A stretch of 50,168 bases of DNA from an uncultured Leptospirales bacterium (GTDB taxonomy: Bacteria; Spirochaetota; UBA4802; UBA5550): NCBI GenBank assembly GCA_964514165.1, contig CAZEPS010000003.1:1-50168 (forward strand), in the 5' to 3' direction. Under the pieces are notes generated by a model. The model saw nothing but the letters and a program-made list of their open reading frames with translations, was not told the DNA's origin and made no database searches. Made by a program: the position numbers and the translations under genes. Shown here in pieces: positions 17,355 to 24,795 of the stretch; position 1 is the stretch's first letter, and the number at the start of each line of letters is the position of its first letter.

Positions 17355-17936
17355 ATGATTCTTCGAATAGATCACGTGGCTATTGCAGTGAGGGATTATG
17401 AGGGCGCTGTTGACTTCATAGAAAATCTCTTCGGGGCAGAGCAGGGTGTCGGCGCGTCTGTATCTGGAATGAACTATCACTGGCAGCTCTTTTCCGTTGG
17501 TGATTTAAGCAGGATGGAGATCCTGACACCGACTGGAGACGGAAGCTTTCTCGATAATTTTCTTGATGAACGGGAAGGAGGCGTCCATCACATAACCCTT
17601 CAAACCGATGATATAGAAAAAACAAGAAAACATCTCGATGAACTCGGAATTCCCTATTTCGGCTTCAATAACTATGGGGAGATATGGAAGGAGCTTTTCA
17701 TACACCCGAAAGACAATTTCGGGGTCCTGTTTCAGATTTCTGAATTCAGACCAGATGACTGGCTGCCGGATTCGGTTAAAATGAATTCTCCTGAAGGATT
17801 TTCCGTACGAAAAACAGAAACGGGATGCAGATTGACCATACGCCACGAGGGAGGGGGCACAGCCTCGATTAATCTCGACAGGAAGCAGGCGGATAAACTT
17901 ATCAGCGATCTTAAAAAATCCCTCAATGAAGAGTGA
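17355..17936 (+). CDS. VOC (glyoxalase/methylmalonyl-CoA-epimerase-like) family protein with C-terminal extension
   Basis: ATG at 17355 preceded by AGGGGAGAGGG. MILRIDHVAIAVRDYEGAVDFIENLFG and GGVHHITLQTDDIEK match the paired beta-alpha-beta-beta-beta modules of VOC/epimerase proteins. Confidence 0.7.
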   Translation: MILRIDHVAIAVRDYEGAVDFIENLFGAEQGVGASVSGMNYHWQLFSVGDLSRMEILTPTGDGSFLDNFLDEREGGVHHITLQTDDIEKTRKHLDELGIPYFGFNNYGEIWKELFIHPKDNFGVLFQISEFRPDDWLPDSVKMNSPEGFSVRKTETGCRLTIRHEGGGTASINLDRKQADKLISDLKKSLNEE

Positions 17937-17998
17937 ATCATTTGACATGAAAAATTAAATTTGCTATACTTTAAACAGCTACCAGGGAGGGAATCGGC

Positions 17999-18655
17999 AT
18001 GAAAATACAAACGGATTTTCACATGCGGGTGCAGGTCGCTGCCGGTCAGTCATATACGGAAAAGACCCGTCCCACCATACCGGATTTGCAGCAGGCTCGC
18101 GGACTAGAACGCCGGATTCAGCTTGATAAATCACTTAACAATGCCCTGAGCATCGCCCAGATGTCGCAAAACCTGATCCTGAAGGCCATGACTATTTCAC
18201 ACCGGCTCCGTTCAATCGCGTCAGAATCCATGGTTTCAGGGAATTTGAACAGGAACGAACTGCGCAATGCGATATCGGAAATCAACTCCACTATCACACA
18301 ATCTTCTGCCGTGGAAACAGTCGTTTATCCGCCAACACTGCCAGATCCTGATTTGCCAAATATAAGAGAAGACCTGACAATTCTGCGAAATTCCGCTGGT
18401 GCATTTGAACAAGGCCGCCTTGCTGACATGGAAGCTCTGGCGACCACGTCAGCAAGCCTCGAGAACAAATCGATACGGAACCAGGAACTTGAAATACGAT
18501 TACTCGGTTCCATTAATATCACTCCCGGTAGTCAAGCTGAACCTGCACCGGGTAACCTGGTGCAGGAGACAAAATCACAGGTCATAAAAAATCCCGGTAT
18601 GGCCATGGAAGTCCAGGGTAATATTAGCCGTGACTTCGCACAGCGGCTTATTTAG
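17999..18655 (+). CDS. hypothetical protein (weak flagellin-ND1-like pattern)
   Basis: 218 aa. LNNALSIAQMSQNLILKAMTISHRLRSIASESMVSGNLNRNELRNAISEINS loosely follows the flagellin/hook-associated N-domain heptad pattern. I cannot verify this without a profile search. Confidence 0.4.
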   Translation: MKIQTDFHMRVQVAAGQSYTEKTRPTIPDLQQARGLERRIQLDKSLNNALSIAQMSQNLILKAMTISHRLRSIASESMVSGNLNRNELRNAISEINSTITQSSAVETVVYPPTLPDPDLPNIREDLTILRNSAGAFEQGRLADMEALATTSASLENKSIRNQELEIRLLGSINITPGSQAEPAPGNLVQETKSQVIKNPGMAMEVQGNISRDFAQRLI

Positions 18656-19022
18656 GGCCATAACTATAATCGGTCACGGCAGTTATCAACCAGGGTATAA
18701 TAAAGCTCAAATATGTTATAATTAATCTATAATAAATGCTATATAATATTAATAAATTTTGATTACAGAAAAACCATTTTTTTTTTACAAAAAATATAAA
18801 AAATTAATAAAATAAAAGATTTATCTTGACTTTATATTAATTTTAATATAGATGAACATAGTATAATAATTGATTCTCTGCTACTTTCCGATTTGCGTGA
18901 CTGTTACATAAAGTCTAATTCATCCCGGATGTACAAAACTCCGGTGCTAAACTAATTAATTACTGGCAAAGAGAATCAATAAAAATTAAAAATACTTTTT
19001 TTGCAGTTATCCAGGACTGCAG

Positions 19023-19862
19023 TTGCTGGAAAATAAGAAAATTAATATAGAAAAAATCAGTACCATGACAGCAATTAACAGAAACAAGAACCTGAATAGA
19101 AAAAATACCGATCCGGTTACAGTTTATAAAATCAGCCCCATGAACAGCGAAGAAATAAAAGCCCCTGACCTCAACGAGGTAATATATTCCTTCTATTGTG
19201 ACCTTTCATCTCTGAATTATGCCAGGAGGGATGATTTCCCCGTAGCAGACTGTTTTGTGCTGAAGTTATCCAAATTTATATTAGATCTTTTTAAAGATGA
19301 AAGCATCAGGGAAACCTACGAACACCGTACTTCTGACATTTTTTATGACTTGTGCCTCGAACGGTTAGTTCAGACAGAGACAGTTTCCAGCATTGATGAT
19401 GATGAACTGATTGTTATCTACCTGAAGCAGTGTGTCGCCCTGTTGAGAGACTCAGAAATCCTGTTCAGCCGGCGGGCTGATTCAATGAACGACAGCAGCC
19501 TCTATAAATGCCTGTTCAACTCATTCTGGAACACAATAGCCTGGGAAGATATTTTTCCTTCTGATCCTGAAGGAGCAGTGGAACTCAAACGCAATAGAAA
19601 TATCTTTCTGGACCTTCTTAACAGAAGGCAAAATTCGGTCTCAATCGAAACACTTGCCAATGAGTTCCTTGAATTAACCGGTATTTCAGAAAAAAACGAT
19701 CTTTTCATGATATCATTTATTGATTTCTACCTGTTAACCTGGCTGAATCATTTCGGCATTGTTGATTATATCCGGGGTTCAATTTATTCCCCGGTTATGA
19801 TCCGCGTCACTGATATGGGCAGGAGGATATCTCAATACTTGCCGATTCCCCTGAATAAGTAG
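19023..19862 (+). CDS. hypothetical protein
   Basis: 279-aa ORF from a TTG, with an alternative ATG at 19065. No recognisable motif. It is preceded by an extremely AT-rich spacer. Confidence 0.5.
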   Translation: MLENKKINIEKISTMTAINRNKNLNRKNTDPVTVYKISPMNSEEIKAPDLNEVIYSFYCDLSSLNYARRDDFPVADCFVLKLSKFILDLFKDESIRETYEHRTSDIFYDLCLERLVQTETVSSIDDDELIVIYLKQCVALLRDSEILFSRRADSMNDSSLYKCLFNSFWNTIAWEDIFPSDPEGAVELKRNRNIFLDLLNRRQNSVSIETLANEFLELTGISEKNDLFMISFIDFYLLTWLNHFGIVDYIRGSIYSPVMIRVTDMGRRISQYLPIPLNK

Positions 19863-20055
19863 AGCCCGATCACCCACCCCAGCAGAAAAACCGTGTAACT
19901 CATCAAATCAATAACAGACATATTAATATAATTCTCCAAGAAAAATTGTTTACATCATCGGGGTATAGAGATAGTTTTCTAAAAAATTGAACACGGTCGG
20001 CCGGGGTAGTAACTTCCTGAATAAACGGTGTGCCAGACCATCTTGAGGTGTTTTC

Positions 20056-21042
20056 ATGAGATCCGCTATTGCAATAATCGTAGTATCCTCTCTTTTCTTT
20101 GCCTGTTCAAAATATAACATAAAGAGCGAATTGAAGGATCGTTCAAAGCTCGCTGATTTCAAGCGAAGCGGCATCATTATCAGGGTCCCTGACTACAGCT
20201 CACTGGATAACGAACTTCATAACGAGACGCTTTCATTCTGGCTTAACGGATACCGGAAAATAAACGAGCTGAAACTCATAGATAACGCCAGCGAAAGTCT
20301 CTCCACTTTCCACACCGAATTTGAGAGGCTGTTTAAGATTTCCGGCAAAAGCGATTTTCTGAAATACAAGACCCTCGGAGCTATATACCAGTATGTGAGA
20401 ACCAATGAAAATGAACTCATTGAAATAATCGGAAAAAACGGCCTCGACAGCGTAATCATATACGAAGTCGACAGTACCTATTCCCTTGAAATGCAGTACT
20501 TCAATTTTAATTCCATGGTGGTCATCCTGGACAGCGATTTTAACGTGGCCTTTATTGATCATCAGAACCTGACCAGGGATATTTTCGAACTCGATAACGA
20601 CGTGATTAAGAAGACCCTGCTTGATGATGTCAACACACGATTCTCTGAACTCATGTTCAGCCTCAATTACCTTGATAAGAGGACCAGAGGTGAAATCAGG
20701 AACATGATGACCAGAAAGGAGAAAAAGGAAAAACAGATGGCTACCGAAGAAACTGAGAGCAGTGAACCTGATGAATCTGTGGAAATTATAGATAAAGATC
20801 TAAACGTTTCAGAAGAAGAAAAATCCCCTGCCGAAACGGAAGAAGGCACAATAGACGTTTCCCCTGCTGATAATCATATCAAAACCGATGAGCCTGAAGA
20901 GCCAGTAATGGAGAAAGACACAGATAAAAAGGATAAAGAAGTACACGGGGACAACGGTTCTGATGAAGAAACCGCAAGAAAAGATCAGGCCCCTGCTCCT
21001 GATAGTGAAGACGATTCAGGCCAAGGAGAGGAACTAGATTAA
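20056..21042 (+). CDS. lipoprotein with long acidic low-complexity C-terminal tail
   Basis: MRSAIAIIVVSSLFFACSKY is a lipobox. The C-terminal ~110 aa are rich in E/D/K/S (EETESSEPDES..PDSEDDSGQGEELD). Confidence 0.6.
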   Translation: MRSAIAIIVVSSLFFACSKYNIKSELKDRSKLADFKRSGIIIRVPDYSSLDNELHNETLSFWLNGYRKINELKLIDNASESLSTFHTEFERLFKISGKSDFLKYKTLGAIYQYVRTNENELIEIIGKNGLDSVIIYEVDSTYSLEMQYFNFNSMVVILDSDFNVAFIDHQNLTRDIFELDNDVIKKTLLDDVNTRFSELMFSLNYLDKRTRGEIRNMMTRKEKKEKQMATEETESSEPDESVEIIDKDLNVSEEEKSPAETEEGTIDVSPADNHIKTDEPEEPVMEKDTDKKDKEVHGDNGSDEETARKDQAPAPDSEDDSGQGEELD

Positions 21043-21072
21043 CCGGAAGAAGCGGTTAATGAAGAATAAAAT

Positions 21073-21423
21073 TGGAGACGGCGGGAGTCGAACCCGCGTC
21101 CTGCATTACCATACTCCAGCGTCTACATGCTTATCCTGTTCATTTATTCTCAGCCCTCGGTCCGGGAACAGGCACCGTTCTCAAGGGCCCAGCTCCTGAA
21201 TGTTTCGCCCTTAAACCCGGAGCAGGGTCATCGGGCTATCCCCTGAGTATGACGCTCTTACACATCCCAGAGGAGAGGATTGCATAAGAGCGTAGCAGGT
21301 ATTACGCTGCTAATGCTAAGTTGTCGTTTGCAACTATAATTGTTCTGCCAGTTTAACGAGCTGACAGCGCACTCGGCATGCGACTGAAGCACATCCAATA
21401 CAGTCGAAACCAGAATCGTCCCC
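21073..21423 (-). ncRNA. ssrA: tmRNA (transfer-messenger RNA)
   Basis: On the minus strand the 5' end is GGGGACGATTCTGGTTTCGAC and the 3' end is GGACGCGGGTTCGACTCCCGCCGTCTCCA. The 7-bp acceptor stem includes a G3:U pair. The internal tag reading frame ..GCA AAC GAC AAC TTA GCA TTA GCA GCG TAA encodes ANDNLALAA-stop (plus-strand 21302-21331). CCA is not encoded. Confidence 0.92.
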
Positions 21424-21424
21424 C

Positions 21425-21447
21425 TAGTGTATATAATATATACACTA
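21425..21447. repeat. perfect 23-bp palindrome TAGTGTATATA-A-TATATACACTA abutting the tmRNA 5' end
   Basis: 11-bp arms read directly from the sequence. It contains several TATAAT-like hexamers and probably overlaps the ssrA promoter. Confidence 0.6.
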
Positions 21448-21519
21448 TAGAGCTGATCGTCAAGCATCAACATCGGTCACATTGCATTTATTCAGCATTA
21501 AGGGAGCATCTAACAATTT

Positions 21520-21554
21520 GACCAGCACCATTTTTCATGAAAATGGTGCTGGTC
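21520..21554. repeat. palindrome GACCAGCACCATTTT-tcatg-AAAATGGTGCTGGTC (copy A of a shared-core palindrome)
   Basis: 15-bp perfect arms, about 100-130 nt upstream of ssrA. The core CAGCACCATTTT/AAAATGGTGCTG is shared with 32048-32098. Confidence 0.7.
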
Positions 21555-21584
21555 CATAACAGGTGCCCAAATGGGAAACTCTTT

Positions 21585-21660
21585 TTGTATCTACTCAGCT
21601 ATTGCTGAATAGATGTACATTTTTATAAAGATTGTTAATATAATTACATATAGCTGAATA
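21585..21660 (+). repeat. left copy of a ~75-nt inverted repeat pair
   Basis: ttgtatCTACTCAGCTATTGCTGAATAGATGTACATTTTTATAAAGATTGTTAATATAATTACATATAGCTGAATA. Hand alignment with the reverse complement of 24653-24730 gives 69 identical of 72 aligned core columns (one substitution, two single-T indels). Confidence 0.85.
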
Positions 21661-21929
21661 ATTACCTCTTTTTTTTAATAGAGTTTCCCTGAATATTAAA
21701 TGAATGATTATTGACATTAAATAACGGTTGATTGAATATCTATTCTGAAAATGAGAGAATTGAAATACGGGCATTTCAACAAACAGGTTTTTACATTAAA
21801 CCGGAAATTGTAATTTCTGATTGCAAGTCCATGAACCCTTAGGGCATAATAATCAGTTTTTCTGCCCGTAAGGGGACTGTTACATCTAAGTTTTTGAAGT
21901 CCCCATTATTCAGAATAACAAACACGGCC

Positions 21930-22463
21930 ATGATACAACGGACTATTGTCATAATACTATCGATAGTATCTATTTCACTTTATTCATGCACCCCCGCTTC
22001 GGAAGGAGAACAGGACAATCGTTCTATCGAGAAGGATCTGGTCGAAAAGGAAATCATTACGGAAAATACGAAACAAGTGACCTTTGAGGAGATAGCGGGA
22101 ACCTGGAAACTGGTATATCGGGGAAACTACGGCTATGAATTCAGGCTCTATCCGAGTTACAAAGCAGTTGTCATACTTTACCTCAGAACCGAATCACTTA
22201 TTTTCAAGGGAGTTTACACCATAGAACCGGAAAGTATTGTGAGAATTAACATAAACGAGATAAAGCGGGAAAAGAGGATAACAGGACTCGGATTAACCCA
22301 TGGCTTTACCCGGGCGAAATCGTCATATTTTCAGTTTAAAGGAAGCCTTTCTGACGATATAAACGGAAAAACACTTATCTTTAGACCAGTCCGGATTATC
22401 ATGGATGGTAACAGTTCAGACGGCTATTTCGAACCGATCATAAAACTAAAAAAAATTCGCTGA
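21930..22463 (+). CDS. lipoprotein, unknown function
   Basis: The ATG at 21930 gives MIQRTIVIILSIVSISLYSC, a lipobox. The track ORF begins at an upstream TTG (21894). Confidence 0.55.
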   Translation: MIQRTIVIILSIVSISLYSCTPASEGEQDNRSIEKDLVEKEIITENTKQVTFEEIAGTWKLVYRGNYGYEFRLYPSYKAVVILYLRTESLIFKGVYTIEPESIVRININEIKREKRITGLGLTHGFTRAKSSYFQFKGSLSDDINGKTLIFRPVRIIMDGNSSDGYFEPIIKLKKIR

Positions 22464-22465
22464 CC

Positions 22466-23215
22466 ATGATTACAGAATCGATTGAATTTACAAATACCAG
22501 GGGACAACTCCTCTCCGGAAGAATTTATCGTGACGAGACCCCTTCGCAAAAAGGCATAATCTTTTCACACGGGCTCTTCTCTTCAAAGGACGGCTACAAG
22601 ATAACCAGGCTCGCCGGTGACATTGTAAACGAAGGCTTCACCCTCATGACCTTTGATTTCTCCTTTGCCGGCGAGTCGGAGGGCAATATCGCCGATTTGT
22701 CTCTCCTCCAGGAGGTTGACGATCTGAAACACGCGGTTCGCTTCTTTAAGGAACAAAAAATCAGCGTACTTCATCTTATGGGATCAAGTTTCGGTGGTGC
22801 CGTGACCCTGCTTTACGCAGCCAGTCCGGAATGTACGATAGATTCTCTGATCTGCATCGCGACCCCGGTCAATCTCCTGAAGCTCGCCCACGCCATGGGG
22901 GTTACAGACATTGAGTCCCTTCCCGATGACGGTGTTACAATCGTAGAGGGGCTGACCCTGAAGAACCGGTTCTTCAGGGAATTACTGACCGTTGATATGG
23001 CAACCGCGGTGAGAAGCATACAGATACCGGCATTGATTATCCACGGAGAAAAGGACACCGTTGTATCAGTAGAAAACGCCCGTTTCTTTCATGATGAATG
23101 CCCATCATTTTCAAAACAGGTCATAATTGAAGGGGGGGATCACAATCTCACTGAAGAGAGATTCCTCGAGGCTGTCAGGCTTTCCCTGGTAAACTGGCTC
23201 CAGTCTCAGTCATGA
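22466..23215 (+). CDS. alpha/beta-fold hydrolase
   Basis: 249 aa. Nucleophile elbow MGSSFGG (GxSxG), HG oxyanion region (FSHGLF), and C-terminal GGDHNL containing the catalytic His. The start is 2 nt after the upstream stop. Confidence 0.8.
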   Translation: MITESIEFTNTRGQLLSGRIYRDETPSQKGIIFSHGLFSSKDGYKITRLAGDIVNEGFTLMTFDFSFAGESEGNIADLSLLQEVDDLKHAVRFFKEQKISVLHLMGSSFGGAVTLLYAASPECTIDSLICIATPVNLLKLAHAMGVTDIESLPDDGVTIVEGLTLKNRFFRELLTVDMATAVRSIQIPALIIHGEKDTVVSVENARFFHDECPSFSKQVIIEGGDHNLTEERFLEAVRLSLVNWLQSQS

Positions 23216-23613
23216 AAGTAATAGTGGAAATATACATTGCAGCCGCCGGCATTATGCTGATCCTCATGGCAGTGTTTGAATTCTTCAGGCCTGAAAGGGC
23301 GTTCTACTTTTTTCAGCGGTATGTTTTTTACCGGTACTTTCCCCTCCACGGACTCTTTCTCATCGCGGCAGGATTCCCGATGATCCTGTACCGGGGAACC
23401 CTCTCGAACATCATTTTCGTCATAGGTGTCATTACCATTTTAACCGGCCCCTTTATTCTCTTCTATCCAGAGAAAATCAGGAATCTATTTGCAGGCATTA
23501 CTGAAGAGATGGGACATGCTGAGATAAGAAGGTTAATTTACGCGGACGCATCGCTGCGCCTGCTGCTCGGAGCCCTGTTTGCAGCGGGAACCGTTCTGAA
23601 TCACGTTAAATAG
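23212..23613 (+). CDS. small integral membrane protein
   Basis: 133 aa with about four hydrophobic helices. ATGA overlap with the hydrolase stop. Confidence 0.55.
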   Translation: MKVIVEIYIAAAGIMLILMAVFEFFRPERAFYFFQRYVFYRYFPLHGLFLIAAGFPMILYRGTLSNIIFVIGVITILTGPFILFYPEKIRNLFAGITEEMGHAEIRRLIYADASLRLLLGALFAAGTVLNHVK

Positions 23614-24595
23614 TGAACCATTGTGACGGCCTTGAAAGTAGATAACACATGAGGTATTCCTCCATGGTCTTCTTTGGACCGTTTATTTTTGCCCTGGATC
23701 GAAACTCAGCGTTGTGTTTCCGTTTTTTAAATGAGGAGTAAAACTCCCGGGGATCATGATACCGGTATACCGGGTAATTTTTTTTCGAACCGAACATCTC
23801 CTGTATGATGTCGGGATCAACGATGGTCTTCCCTTTTTGTTCCATCAGGCACGAAATCTGGTCAACCTCCTCGCTGCTCATGCCCATGAGGAACTCTCTG
23901 AGTGACTCGAATTCGTCCTCCTGGAAATCATCCCGCTCTATAAATTCAGTCAGCACCGGGTCAGTGTTTTTTGTTATTGAAAAGAGCTCTGATATGCCCA
24001 TCATCGTGCCCAGGGCCGGTTTCATCTCTTTTCGGGCATTCCATATTTTTGTCAGGATGGGGGCGAATTCCCGAACCCCGTAATCGATCCTGTGCTCCCA
24101 TATTTGTGCCAGGAGATAGCCAGCGTTGGTCCTGATGTGATGCGGAATCTCCTTATCCGATATGATCGAGATATACACTTCTTCAGCCATTATCATGAAA
24201 ACGTTGTCCGAAACAATAGAAAAGATCTCTTCTTTGAGATCCTTCAGCTCATGGCTTTCATTTGATATATAGAAGAGCATGAAGAAGAAGTTTATTTTGG
24301 CAACAGAAAATCCCTTTCCAAGGAGAGCCTTCGTCGGTGTATGCAGAAGAAAATCGTGATCGCTCTGAAAACAGAGACTTTCCACAAGGGTCTCCACGTT
24401 CCGGGATGAGCTGCCGAGGGACTGTTTACCCATGATAGAAGGGTAGAGTGATATCGACCCGGCCAGTTCGATCAGGGCATTGCGGTTGTTAGAAATGATA
24501 TCAATATAACCGGATTTTCCCTGCTCATTCAGCATATTTTCGGTTTTCGAGATTATCACGTCTTCATTCTTTTTGAATACGACAATCCTGTTCAT
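23606..24595 (-). CDS. hypothetical protein
   Basis: 329-aa ORF with no recognisable motif. Its 3' end overlaps the convergent gene by 8 nt. Confidence 0.5.
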   Translation of the reverse strand: MNRIVVFKKNEDVIISKTENMLNEQGKSGYIDIISNNRNALIELAGSISLYPSIMGKQSLGSSSRNVETLVESLCFQSDHDFLLHTPTKALLGKGFSVAKINFFFMLFYISNESHELKDLKEEIFSIVSDNVFMIMAEEVYISIISDKEIPHHIRTNAGYLLAQIWEHRIDYGVREFAPILTKIWNARKEMKPALGTMMGISELFSITKNTDPVLTEFIERDDFQEDEFESLREFLMGMSSEEVDQISCLMEQKGKTIVDPDIIQEMFGSKKNYPVYRYHDPREFYSSFKKRKHNAEFRSRAKINGPKKTMEEYLMCYLLSRPSQWFTI

Positions 24596-24652
24596 ACATG
24601 ACCATATATATTATTTTGTATATTAGCCTGTCTATGTTAAATAGATCGTAAC

Positions 24653-24730
24653 TATTCAGCTATATGTAATTATATTAACAAATTTTTATAAAAAATGTAC
24701 ATCTATTCAGCAATAGCTGAGTAGCTACAA
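24653..24730 (-). repeat. right copy of the ~75-nt inverted repeat pair
   Basis: The reverse complement reads ttgtagCTACTCAGCTATTGCTGAATAGATGTACATTTTTTATAAAAATTTGTTAATATAATTACATATAGCTGAATA. It ends 58 nt upstream of the ATG at 24595. Confidence 0.85.
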
Positions 24731-24740
24731 CAGATCTTCG

Positions 24741-24770
24741 AAATAAAAGGACTCGCATCAGGCGAGCCCT
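24741..24770 (-). terminator. rho-independent terminator of the AsmA-like gene
   Basis: Minus strand GGGCTCGC-ctgat-GCGAGTCC followed by TTTTATTT, about 25 nt after the stop at 24796. Confidence 0.6.
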
Positions 24771-24795
24771 TAGTTATGAAAAATTCTTTTGTGAA

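Noticed and set aside
15669-21072. ssrA-linked genomic island on the 3' side of the tmRNA
   Set aside because: I found no integrase or recombinase, and no duplicated copy of the tmRNA 3' end (no second GGGTTCGACTCCCGCC-like sequence) that would mark an attL/attR pair. Low GC and hypothetical genes alone are insufficient.
21072-21473. ORFs 21072..21287 (+) and 21258..21473 (-)
   Set aside because: Both lie within the tmRNA gene. The sequence is explained by the ssrA structure (acceptor/T-arm and tag ORF).
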